Below are positions 39,889 through 48,839 of a DNA stretch of 64,000 nt, one piece after another. Both the position numbers and the translations under genes were made by a program. The first letter of the stretch is position 1, and each line of letters begins with the position of its first letter. Source of the DNA: an uncultured virus (IMG/VR IMGVR_UViG_3300008450_000021). Lineage: Duplodnaviria; Heunggongvirae; Uroviricota; Caudoviricetes. The notes under the pieces are model-generated. The model was not told where the DNA came from, made no database searches, and saw only the letters and a list, made by a program, of their open reading frames with translations. Location of the stretch: the IMG/VR virus record IMGVR_UViG_3300008450_000021; one strand, given 5' to 3'.

Positions 39889-40557
39889 CTATTTTCCGTA
39901 TTCATAATCTAATATTTTACCAACTAGATCTGAGCGGTGGTTTTCTTTTAGTTTAACCCATTTTATTTCATCAATCTTTTTAGACATTTCAATAGCATAT
40001 GTTAAACCATTCATTTGTCCGTCAGGTGTTTTGATGTCTGTTTGCTCATTATCGCCATTTACAACGATTTTACCGTTTTTACCTAAACGAGTTAATATGG
40101 CTAACATTTCGCCTTTAGTTAGGTTTTGAGCTTCTTCAACAATTAATATATCATCAATTGTTTTACCACGTATAAATTGTACTGGCATTGCTTTTACTTT
40201 GCCTTGTTCAATTAATTTAGATACTTCATTTTTGTCAACACAGCATTTGTTTAAATTTTCAACTAATGCTTCCATGTATGGATCAAATTTTTCATTTAAA
40301 GCACCAGGTAAATAACCTAAACTTTTACCTACTTCAACTGCTGCGCGTGTGTTGTATATACAGTCAATTTGTTTTTTCTTTAAAAAATCTAATGCTGCGT
40401 TAGCACATACTAATGATTTTCCTGAACCTGCTCTACCTGTGATTATTACTATTTGATTTTCAATAATTAATCGTTTGGCTTCTTTTTGTTCTTCATTTAA
40501 TTGTAGGGCGTTGATTGCTTTAATTTCGCTTTTGCGTTCACGATTTGGCTCCTTCAT
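39889..40557 (-). CDS. phoH: PhoH-family ATPase
   Basis: GRAGSGKS, LGYLPG, FIRGKT, EEAQN, LTRLG, GD..Q.D, HRS motifs. Confidence 0.93.
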   Translation of the reverse strand: MKEPNRERKSEIKAINALQLNEEQKEAKRLIIENQIVIITGRAGSGKSLVCANAALDFLKKKQIDCIYNTRAAVEVGKSLGYLPGALNEKFDPYMEALVENLNKCCVDKNEVSKLIEQGKVKAMPVQFIRGKTIDDILIVEEAQNLTKGEMLAILTRLGKNGKIVVNGDNEQTDIKTPDGQMNGLTYAIEMSKKIDEIKWVKLKENHRSDLVGKILDYEYGK

Positions 40558-40585
40558 AATAACAATTATTTAATATAAATATAAC

Positions 40586-40612
40586 AAAAAAAGCCGAGCA
40601 ATGCTCGGCTTT
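40586..40612 (-). terminator. intrinsic terminator
   Basis: AAGCCGAGCA-TTGCTCGGCTT inverted repeat followed by a T run. Confidence 0.7.
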
Positions 40613-40636
40613 CTTATATTTCTAAGTTAAGTTAGA

Positions 40637-40927
40637 TTAGATATTTTCAATAAAGGTATATTCTGATTCGTCTGATATTTTGTTAATAAGTTGACGAAAA
40701 TCACTACTGCTTAATTTATTTCCTGGTATTAGGTTAGGGTTTCTTGGGATGATTACGTCATTTACTATTGTATATACATCATCATGTGAAATTTCATTGT
40801 TGTTATAGTTATTATCCATATAAAATATAACTTTATCATATAATGTATTTAATAAACTATTATTGTTTTCATTTATAATCCCAGCTAACTGCTGCATTCT
40901 TTTGATTTCATTAATTACTGTTTTCAT
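40637..40927 (-). CDS. small protein with EIKRMQQLAGI leader
   Basis: Leader nearly identical to that of 44441..44797 and similar to the scaffold C-terminus. Confidence 0.7.
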   Translation of the reverse strand: MKTVINEIKRMQQLAGIINENNNSLLNTLYDKVIFYMDNNYNNNEISHDDVYTIVNDVIIPRNPNLIPGNKLSSSDFRQLINKISDESEYTFIENI

Positions 40928-41477
40928 GTATATAAATATTATCAGACTTTACTCTATTATCAGTTATTGTAAGTGGTTGGGTATTAGTGTAGTGGAATGA
41001 TCCGCCTTTAGCTAACGGATATATATGATCTATTTCCCAATATGAACCATAATTATCCCAATTTATTTCTGGTGTGAACATTGGTTCAAGGTATTCTTTG
41101 TATTCTTGTATTGTACAACCTAAATATTCAATACTACTTTGTGATTTACCTTTTTTAAGGTGGTGGTTGATGAGAGCGTTGATTGCGTGGCGGAGACGGA
41201 ATAGTGGGTCTGTATCCATTTTATACCTATTCCATTCGCGGTAGTAGTCTTTATTTGTATGATAATGTTCGTTTACTAATTTTTTATGGTATTCTTTGTT
41301 TTCTTCTCTCCATTTTGATGTACGAGTATTGTGTTCGTCTTTGTGAGTAGAATAATATTGTTTACCTTCTACTTTTTGACAGTCTACACAATAACGATGT
41401 AGTCCGTCTTTTTCTCCTTTGCGTTTCCAATATTGATCTAGTGGTTTATCAACACCACATTTTTTACATGTTTTCAT
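40911..41477 (-). CDS. HNH homing endonuclease-like protein
   Basis: N-terminal CxxC..CxxC; C-terminal WEIDHIYPL..GG.FHYTNTQPL...N..K; likely start MKTCKKC. Confidence 0.8.
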   Translation of the reverse strand: MKTCKKCGVDKPLDQYWKRKGEKDGLHRYCVDCQKVEGKQYYSTHKDEHNTRTSKWREENKEYHKKLVNEHYHTNKDYYREWNRYKMDTDPLFRLRHAINALINHHLKKGKSQSSIEYLGCTIQEYKEYLEPMFTPEINWDNYGSYWEIDHIYPLAKGGSFHYTNTQPLTITDNRVKSDNIYIHENSN

Positions 41478-41493
41478 ACGTGTATAAATATAC

Positions 41494-41523
41494 AAAAGAA
41501 AGGCCGGACTACAAAGTCCGGCC
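41494..41523 (-). terminator. terminator after the major capsid gene
   Basis: GGCCGGACT-TTGT-AGTCCGGCC followed by TTTCTTTT. Confidence 0.75.
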
Positions 41524-41563
41524 ATTCTCTTTTTAACCTTACGGTTAGTTATGTTATACTAGA

Positions 41564-43159
41564 TTAAAGAGTATTTAAACCAGCAACATATACCTTCCCA
41601 TAATAATCTGGACGTATCATCTTCTTAGCGTAACGAGTCATCAAACCTTTACGTGGAGTGAAGGTATTTGGATCGTACAGAAGTGGAGTCATGATCAACG
41701 GAACGTATGGAGCGAATACAGCACCACACTCTAGGAACTGAGCACCTTTGTAACCCATTAAGATTACGTTTTCAGTCATGTATGGATTTTTGTATACTTT
41801 GTAGCGGCTGTTTAAGCTACCGATTTTCTGGATACCAAAGTTGTATTCCATTTTCTCACCATCACCATCTGATGCGAATCCAGGGATAGATTCTAAGATA
41901 GTTGCTACGGTAGGTGAAGTAACTAAGAAGTTAGCGCCACCACGTAGGGTTAACTGATGAATTTTGTTAGATACTTTCTGTAATTTGGTACCTAAAGTTT
42001 GGAACCAACCACCTTGAGTGTTATAGAAACCTAAAGCGTTGTTAGTTACACCACTAGCACCTACAGCTTGATTGTTAATTGCTGACCAGTATTCAGTTGT
42101 GAAAGCGTTTTCGATTAACATATCTAACAATTCAAGATCAATTTCCATTGAAATGTATTGTGATAAGATACCAGTTAATTCAGCTTCAGCGTCTACTGAA
42201 TGGTAAGCGTTCAAATCTTGAGCGAATTCAGGTGTCCATTGAGCTTTCAATTTGCGTGTTTTAGCAACGATAGCTTCAGATTTTAACTGAACGTTAATTT
42301 CTGGGATAGAAATTGCTGAATTGCTAAGAGCGTTAGGATAACCAGCACCGCTAGCATCTTCGAAATCACCACGTGAAGTAGCTGTAGGTTGTACGTTGTA
42401 GAATAATACTACAGTTTGAGTAGGGTTATTAGATACTAATGAACCAGTTACTACGAATGAAGCTGTGTTGTTGGCTACAGTAGTGTAAGTTTGTAAAATA
42501 TCAGTAGCGGTAATTGAACCTGAAGTGAATACAAACGCGCGTACACCATTTTGGTCAGCAGCAGTAGGTAGAGGAACATTAATTACTTTGTAAGTAGAGA
42601 ATGAAGATGTGTAATCAGCATCTAAGTTAAATGTAGCCCAGCTAGTTGAACCAGTTGTAGCAGCGATAGAAGCTGAGAATTGGTTAACAGAATAACCGAA
42701 TCTACCAGCACCATATAATGAAGCTGAAGCGATATCAGTTACGTTTGTAGTTGCGTTAGCACCATACAATGAACCGTTAGTAGCGAATGGTTTTACACCA
42801 GTACCATATTTGAAATCAAGATAGAATACAAGACCTGAAGGTAAGTTCATAGGTTGTACACTAACGAATTCTTTTGCAGCGATTTCACCGAATACACGGC
42901 GAACTAATGGAAGGGCAACACCGTTCCAGCTCTCACCACTGTAAGTACCAGCACCAGATGCTTGAGTACCAGTTTGAGAAGTTTCTACTACTAATTGTTT
43001 TGCTTGATTTTCTAATAACATAGCCATTGTGTTACGGCTGTTATTGTCTTTTAAACCTTCTAATAGGCCTGATTTTGCCCATTTGTCTTGAAGGCGTTTT
43101 GCGTCATCTTGAACCGATTTAAATTGGTTTGATGATTCTAATAATTGTTGAATGTTCAT
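41564..43159 (-). CDS. gp23: major capsid protein (T4 gp23-like)
   Basis: KW...GLLEG, LPLVRR, VQPM..PSGL.FY, AKTRKLKA.WT.E.AQDL.A.H, APYVPL, F.P.KG.MTRY motifs. Confidence 0.97.
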   Translation of the reverse strand: MNIQQLLESSNQFKSVQDDAKRLQDKWAKSGLLEGLKDNNSRNTMAMLLENQAKQLVVETSQTGTQASGAGTYSGESWNGVALPLVRRVFGEIAAKEFVSVQPMNLPSGLVFYLDFKYGTGVKPFATNGSLYGANATTNVTDIASASLYGAGRFGYSVNQFSASIAATTGSTSWATFNLDADYTSSFSTYKVINVPLPTAADQNGVRAFVFTSGSITATDILQTYTTVANNTASFVVTGSLVSNNPTQTVVLFYNVQPTATSRGDFEDASGAGYPNALSNSAISIPEINVQLKSEAIVAKTRKLKAQWTPEFAQDLNAYHSVDAEAELTGILSQYISMEIDLELLDMLIENAFTTEYWSAINNQAVGASGVTNNALGFYNTQGGWFQTLGTKLQKVSNKIHQLTLRGGANFLVTSPTVATILESIPGFASDGDGEKMEYNFGIQKIGSLNSRYKVYKNPYMTENVILMGYKGAQFLECGAVFAPYVPLIMTPLLYDPNTFTPRKGLMTRYAKKMIRPDYYGKVYVAGLNTL

Positions 43160-43184
43160 TTTGTTTAAAAATTAAATTAAATTG

Positions 43185-44222
43185 TTACTTAATAATGTTA
43201 GCTAGTTTTTGCATACGTGAAATAACGTCATTTGACTCTACGATTTGTTTCTTAGGAGCAATACCTGCTGCTTTTGAAGCAAATCCTAAAGATTCCTTAA
43301 TAGGTGATTTCTTTTTAACTGCGCTTAAAGTAGTTTCTAATGATTCGTAAACCATTTTAGCTTCTTTAGGTGTAGTTGCTTTGTCGAATGATGCAATCAC
43401 GTTTAATTTTTGAGATTCAGTTAAGTTTTTAGATTTGAAAATTTTGTTAACGTAAAGCAATTTAGCGTTTAATAAATTCACTTCATTTAATTCTTTACGA
43501 AGTGTATTAATTACGTTAATAGCTTCTTTCATTTCTTTTTTCTCTTCTTCTTTCTCTTTTTTCATAACTTTTTTCTTTTTAGCTTCTTCTAGTTCTTCAT
43601 TTTCATCTAATGATTCTAGTTCAGCTAGTAATTCGTCAAGATTGATTTCTTCTTCGTCAGACATTTCCATTTCTTCACCACCCATTTCATCACCCATGTC
43701 CATACTCATTTCTTCTTCACCGGCTTCAGCTCCCATTTCTCCTGTTTCCAATTCTTGGCTAACGATGTCTTTAATTAGATCTTTAAGATCTTCAATAGAC
43801 ATGTCTTTAACTTCCATTTCTTCTTCTTCAGTTTCTTCGGTTTCTTCTTCGCCTTCTTCTTCACCTTCTTCTTCTTTTTCTTCTTCTTTCTTAGCTTCTT
43901 CTAAAGTTTCTTCAGCTTCTAGTTCAGCTAAAATAGCAGATAGATCGAATTCTTCTTCAAGATTGAAATCAAGATTAGCATCACTGTTTTCTTCGTGAGA
44001 TGATGTAAATCCTTCTTCCATTTCTTTTTCGCCTTTTTTCATAGCTTCTTCTTCCATTCCATATTCTTCATCCATGTCCATCTCGTTTAATTTAGCGACT
44101 AACATGTTTTGAATACTTGGAGTCAAAGCTTCTTCAAGGGCTTCTTTTGCGTTTAACAACGCTGCTTCGCGAACGGCTTTAGCGTCAACGATAGCCTCTT
44201 CAAATAGTTTTTTGTTTGACAT
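43185..44222 (-). CDS. gp22: prohead core scaffolding protein
   Basis: Highly acidic coiled-coil protein directly upstream of MCP; LNEVNLLNAKLLY motif; C-terminal RMQKLANIIK. Confidence 0.85.
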   Translation of the reverse strand: MSNKKLFEEAIVDAKAVREAALLNAKEALEEALTPSIQNMLVAKLNEMDMDEEYGMEEEAMKKGEKEMEEGFTSSHEENSDANLDFNLEEEFDLSAILAELEAEETLEEAKKEEEKEEEGEEEGEEETEETEEEEMEVKDMSIEDLKDLIKDIVSQELETGEMGAEAGEEEMSMDMGDEMGGEEMEMSDEEEINLDELLAELESLDENEELEEAKKKKVMKKEKEEEKKEMKEAINVINTLRKELNEVNLLNAKLLYVNKIFKSKNLTESQKLNVIASFDKATTPKEAKMVYESLETTLSAVKKKSPIKESLGFASKAAGIAPKKQIVESNDVISRMQKLANIIK

Positions 44223-44345
44223 TTTTGTCCTCCTTAAATTTGTTTTTGGAAATAAGATTATTAGGAATCTTAATAGAATTTTGTTTAAAATACCGAGCTA
44301 TAATGCAGAATGATTATGAATAGCTCATTGCGGTCAAATATACAT
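44223..44345 (-). promoter_or_regulatory. scaffold/MCP operon promoter, structured 5' leader and strong Shine-Dalgarno
   Basis: TATATTTG at 44335-44342; stems ACCG-GAGCTAT/ATAGCTC-GGT and TAAGATT/AATCTTA; AAGGAGG 6 nt before ATG. Confidence 0.6.
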
Positions 44346-44367
44346 ATATGAAAATAGCAAAAAACGC

Positions 44368-44399
44368 AAAAGAAATGCCTCCTTTTTAGGGGAGGCATT
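44368..44399 (-). terminator. intrinsic terminator
   Basis: AATGCCTCC/GGAGGCATT stem followed by TCTTTT. Confidence 0.7.
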
Positions 44400-44440
44400 A
44401 GCCTAACGATACTATCGATAGGGGGGATATTATTTTATTT

Positions 44441-44797
44441 TTACATTTTGGTTATCATATCAAAATCACCTTGTGATTTGACTAACATTATATCTTTCAT
44501 TTCTGCATCTTCTCCTGGTTCAGGAACATATCCTCCTGGGGGTTGGATAGGTTTACTTAATTCTATATTTAATATATCTGTTGGATTGTTATCTGACATT
44601 ATGTCATAATGTTGGATTTGTGTTATTACTCCTGTTAAACCTTCATAATATTCTATAGGATTTTCAAATCCATATGCATACATTACTTCAGGATTAAATC
44701 TTACTTTATCTCCTACTTTAAAATTAGAAGAATATTCTTCTTTAATCAATCCAGCTAATTGCTGCATTCTTTTAATTTCATTTAGTTGTGTTTTCAT
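44441..44797 (-). CDS. small protein with EIKRMQQLAGL leader and SH3/KOW-like body
   Basis: Leader shared with 40637..40927; FKVGDKVRF..GVIT motif after the leader. Confidence 0.7.
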   Translation of the reverse strand: MKTQLNEIKRMQQLAGLIKEEYSSNFKVGDKVRFNPEVMYAYGFENPIEYYEGLTGVITQIQHYDIMSDNNPTDILNIELSKPIQPPGGYVPEPGEDAEMKDIMLVKSQGDFDMITKM

Positions 44798-44815
44798 AGT
44801 TACAAATATTATATT

Positions 44816-45436
44816 TTAACACAAAGCACATACTCCTGTTTGAGTACATATGATTTCTGTAATTAATTCGTTTACTTTACTATAATTTTTATCTGATTGA
44901 TATTGTTTACCTTCAGATAATGTCATATATGCGTTTGGAGTACTAGGTACTGAAACTAAATCCCAGCATAGTAATTCAAAATCGTCTTGAACTTCAACAG
45001 TTTCACCTATTTGGCGTACTGAGCCCATACCTCTTGATGATATACCTAATGGAATATTAGCTTTAATAATTTCTTGAGCGATTTTACCTGATGGAGTATT
45101 TAATAGAGTTAATTCTCCCATTACATCATTACCTTCCCACCATATTTTAGTAATTAAGTGAGATACATTACTTAAATTAATGATAGATGATTCAGGGTGA
45201 TCTAATTCACCTGTTGATGTTCTAGTTTTTAAAGGACCATTTATATATTTGTCTATTTGTTCCTTTAAAACATTAAGAGGATAAACACGACCATTACCGT
45301 TTTTAACACCGGCTTCTTGTAATTTACCTCTAACGCGCATCAAACCATCGCCTAGTTTACTGTCTTTTCCTTCAGTAATAGGTTGTAGTTTGGCTACGTG
45401 GAACGGTATATGATCTACTAGTAATTGCTTATTCAT
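44816..45436 (-). CDS. gp21: prohead protease
   Basis: N.NGRVYP, GELDHP, SH, TPSG, GISSRGMGS, D.V..PS motifs. Confidence 0.95.
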   Translation of the reverse strand: MNKQLLVDHIPFHVAKLQPITEGKDSKLGDGLMRVRGKLQEAGVKNGNGRVYPLNVLKEQIDKYINGPLKTRTSTGELDHPESSIINLSNVSHLITKIWWEGNDVMGELTLLNTPSGKIAQEIIKANIPLGISSRGMGSVRQIGETVEVQDDFELLCWDLVSVPSTPNAYMTLSEGKQYQSDKNYSKVNELITEIICTQTGVCALC

Positions 45437-45438
45437 AA

Positions 45439-47196
45439 TTATATTTCGTCATTTCTATCTAAGTAAAAATCGTCTTGGTCTTTACCATTAGATAATACTA
45501 ATTTAATATCATTTCCGAAGGGCTCCACAGAAACTACTTCTACTTCTTCACCCATTACAAATTTACCTAAATCAGCTCCTAGTTTAAATTTATTACCTAC
45601 CGATAATGAGCTTGCTTTAGCTTCATCCATTTGATGACCAGCTACATCTGTCATATTATCACCACCAGGTAAAGTCGAATACTCTAACATATCATCCATA
45701 CCACTATCGTATCTTTCGTCAGCGTTATATTGGAATATATTATCATCTATTTCTTTAGCAATAGCATCTGAAAAATTATACTTCTTTTGATACATTTTGA
45801 TCAATTCCAATACATCACTAGAGTCATAACTGTCTCTATTTTCAAGTTCGTCTATAATTTTTTTTGTTAAAGCATTTACATCAGTATTTTGATTTTCTTT
45901 TAAAGCTGCTTTTTTCATCTTTTCACCAGTAGCATCCATTTTCTTAACGCCACGAACTGTTTTAGCTACTAATGACATTATTTTGATACCGGTTTCTGGT
46001 TTATTGGTTTCTTTATTAGCTTTATTAGCAGATGCTTTATCTTTTTCAATTCCTTTTACGGGTTGCATTCCCATTTTCTTATCAACTACATTGCTCATGT
46101 TTTTATCAAGTAATTGCATCTGACGTGCATCTGCATTAGCTGATTTACCACCAATATATTCTAGTTCGTATCCTTCTTTACCAGCCATTAATGAGTCAGT
46201 ATAATAAAATGGATTCTTTTTTAGATTCTTAATTGCGATTTTTGCGGCTTCTTTTTTGGTTAAATCGTTATTTTTTTCAATTTCATAATCTATACCGATT
46301 AAAACTTCTTGACCGTTTAAATTGTCGATTTCAGAAAATTTAGAATATAATTCTTTACCACTGGTGTTAGTAGTATAAGATTCATTCAATGACATTCTTT
46401 GCTCTAAGTCATCAATCATTTTCTTAATTTTCTCAGTTGGCGTTTTAGCATATATTTTCTTTAAGAAATTAAGCTCAGATTGGTCTATTTTTTTATCAAC
46501 ACCATATTTTTCTTCTGGGGTTTGTTTAGGTTTGATACTCATACTAGCTGCTTTTCTTTCTGCTTCTGCTTCAGGGTCACCTGCTATTCCGTAGATATCA
46601 GCTTCTTTTAATGATTCGTATGGTGGTAAATCAAACTCAGTCCATCCTAACCATGAACCTGCTTTTAAAGCAGCATCGTAATATTTTTCAGCTTTTAATA
46701 AATCACCTTCAGAGTATGCTTGTAATCCTTTTTCATAGTATTCTTCAGCTTGTACCATAGATTTCATATCAAAATCACGATCGCCATCAGTTGGATCAGA
46801 TGAAAAATAAGGATTTTCGTTTTCTTCAGTATACATTCCTGTTTTACCTTTAATAGGATTTAATTCAACAACACCATTAACAGGTTCTGATATTCTATAT
46901 ATAGTATCATCTAATTCTGCTTTTAGTATATTATCAAAAAAAGCTAATTCAGGAAATACTTCTTTACCATTTAAGGTATAAGTATATTGATCATATTTTT
47001 CTAATTTTTCTTGATTTTTATCTTTAATATCAGCTTCAGTTAAGATAGCTTTATTTCTTAATATTTTAACAGTATCATCAAATGATGTTGTATTAGTAAC
47101 TAAATGAGGTAAAGTCATACGAACGTTACGCATAAATTGCGCTTGATTCATTTTACCTTCTTTTAAATCTATAAATTGTTGTTTTACACTTTTCAT
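45439..47196 (-). CDS. large modular head-region protein (putative internal polyprotein)
   Basis: 585 aa between portal and protease; segments separated by recurring L/M-x-E motifs. Confidence 0.6.
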   Translation of the reverse strand: MKSVKQQFIDLKEGKMNQAQFMRNVRMTLPHLVTNTTSFDDTVKILRNKAILTEADIKDKNQEKLEKYDQYTYTLNGKEVFPELAFFDNILKAELDDTIYRISEPVNGVVELNPIKGKTGMYTEENENPYFSSDPTDGDRDFDMKSMVQAEEYYEKGLQAYSEGDLLKAEKYYDAALKAGSWLGWTEFDLPPYESLKEADIYGIAGDPEAEAERKAASMSIKPKQTPEEKYGVDKKIDQSELNFLKKIYAKTPTEKIKKMIDDLEQRMSLNESYTTNTSGKELYSKFSEIDNLNGQEVLIGIDYEIEKNNDLTKKEAAKIAIKNLKKNPFYYTDSLMAGKEGYELEYIGGKSANADARQMQLLDKNMSNVVDKKMGMQPVKGIEKDKASANKANKETNKPETGIKIMSLVAKTVRGVKKMDATGEKMKKAALKENQNTDVNALTKKIIDELENRDSYDSSDVLELIKMYQKKYNFSDAIAKEIDDNIFQYNADERYDSGMDDMLEYSTLPGGDNMTDVAGHQMDEAKASSLSVGNKFKLGADLGKFVMGEEVEVVSVEPFGNDIKLVLSNGKDQDDFYLDRNDEI

Positions 47197-47212
47197 GCGT
47201 ATAAATATTATG

Positions 47213-47599
47213 TTATATGTTAAAATACTGGCTTTTTAATTTGTCTACAGCTTCTACAATATGGTCTAAAGCTTCTTCTAATAAGTAAAGATCGTCATTT
47301 AAATTATCTAATTTAGTAACTAGATTATCTAATTTAGACACGTTATCTGGGTATTCAGCGACATCATACATTTCAACTACTTTGTAGTATTTTTGAGCTT
47401 TACTATCAAGAAATGATCTAGTTTGTTTTACTTTATCTAACAAAGAATTTATTTCATCTGGAGATTCAATGACGCTTTGTATGCTAATATCATATATTTT
47501 TGAACGTAATGTTCTAAATATATTTTCTGCTGTTGATTTTTCTTTTTCAGCAGATAATACAAATTCATCTATCTTTTCTGGTGTATATGATATATCCAT
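47213..47599 (-). CDS. hypothetical helical protein
   Basis: 128-aa ORF in head operon. Confidence 0.65.
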   Translation of the reverse strand: MDISYTPEKIDEFVLSAEKEKSTAENIFRTLRSKIYDISIQSVIESPDEINSLLDKVKQTRSFLDSKAQKYYKVVEMYDVAEYPDNVSKLDNLVTKLDNLNDDLYLLEEALDHIVEAVDKLKSQYFNI

Positions 47600-47730
47600 T
47601 ATCGTCCTTGTCCTCTATAGTTTTGTTCTGAGCTATCGTGTTTGTTAGTGCGTTTTTGAGCTTTGCCTTTTTTACGAACGCCAAAGCTTATTTTACGTGA
47701 TTCTTTAGATGCTGCTTTTGCTTTTGCCAT
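47599..47730 (-). CDS. 43-aa basic protein ending YRGQGR (absent from ORF track)
   Basis: MAKAKAASKESRKISFGVRKKGKAQKRTNKHDSSEQNYRGQGR*; TAATG overlaps with both neighbours. Confidence 0.8.
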   Translation of the reverse strand: MAKAKAASKESRKISFGVRKKGKAQKRTNKHDSSEQNYRGQGR

Positions 47731-48839
47731 TACTGGTAGATTGATTTAATTTTATTGCTAATTTTATTTGATATTTCACTAATTTCATTTATAGCTTTTA
47801 AGCTACGCTTCCAATAGTTTGTACCATCTTCGTTTTCACTTAATTCTTGTTTAATACGAGTAGTATATTCAATTAATTGATCTACTTCAGATAATTTACG
47901 TTTTACTTCACGAATACTTTTATGAAGCATTTCTGCTTTAGTTCTATATTTAACTTCGTTTTTAAATTTATTATACGATACTTCGTTTAATAATTCTTCT
48001 TTAATAAGATTATTCAACACTTCTTCTAAAGGATAATCAAATGGTTCTTCACCTGTTATTTTACTACTTTTAATATATTCTATTAAAGATTCAATATTAT
48101 TAAAATAAGTATATCCTTCTTCTCTTCCTAAATTATCTATTTCTAAAACAAAATATGGTTTATCACCAGATGTAGTTTCTCCACATATTAAAGTCATAAA
48201 TCCAGAACCATCTGCATAATCAACAGGTATTTGTACTCTGGCTAAATTTTTATTTTTACCTGAATAAACTATTTTAGCTTCTTCAAAAATAGGTTTTATT
48301 GCTGATAGTATATTATTTGCAGATTCTTGGTATTTAATATTTTGTTCATTCATTGCTGATTTTTTACCTTTCCAAAGTTCTTTATAATCTAACATTTTAG
48401 AATTTTTAGGCATACCTTTAACTGTTTTAAATCCCATTTTTTCAGCGTATTTAGTTGCTTTATTTTTCTTTTGTCCTTTAGGAGCAAAAGCATATGGGGT
48501 TTGAATAGGACCTGCTCCAACACCAATAGCGCCAGTAGCTGATTCTTCATTCATACCCATTAATTTTTTATACATAGATAAATCAGATAAGCTTTGACCT
48601 TCAGGATTCTTAGCTAAGTTATCTATTTGATCAATAGTTACTTCACCTGAATCAAGTGCTTTTTTTAACCAAGTACCATTTATTATGTTATGTTTATATA
48701 AAAATGATTTAGCTTTATCATCATTTCTAGTATAAATATTTAACCAATTATATAATGTATCCCAGTTACTAGATTCATTTTCAAGAACATTTTCTAGTTC
48801 TTCTTTAATAATCTGTTTTAATAAAGATACTTTCATCAT
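47730..48839 (-). CDS. modular head-region protein with LKQIIKEEL leader
   Basis: 369 aa; internal MNE/LNE boundaries and TPYAF motif. Confidence 0.65.
   Translation of the reverse strand: MMKVSLLKQIIKEELENVLENESSNWDTLYNWLNIYTRNDDKAKSFLYKHNIINGTWLKKALDSGEVTIDQIDNLAKNPEGQSLSDLSMYKKLMGMNEESATGAIGVGAGPIQTPYAFAPKGQKKNKATKYAEKMGFKTVKGMPKNSKMLDYKELWKGKKSAMNEQNIKYQESANNILSAIKPIFEEAKIVYSGKNKNLARVQIPVDYADGSGFMTLICGETTSGDKPYFVLEIDNLGREEGYTYFNNIESLIEYIKSSKITGEEPFDYPLEEVLNNLIKEELLNEVSYNKFKNEVKYRTKAEMLHKSIREVKRKLSEVDQLIEYTTRIKQELSENEDGTNYWKRSLKAINEISEISNKISNKIKSIYQ

Noticed and set aside
1864..41525. Upstream-extended starts in the ORF track (1908, 4626, 24087, 26780, 32335, 35179, 41525)
   Set aside because: The extensions run through terminators, promoter motifs or neighbouring genes; downstream ATGs fit the local architecture better.
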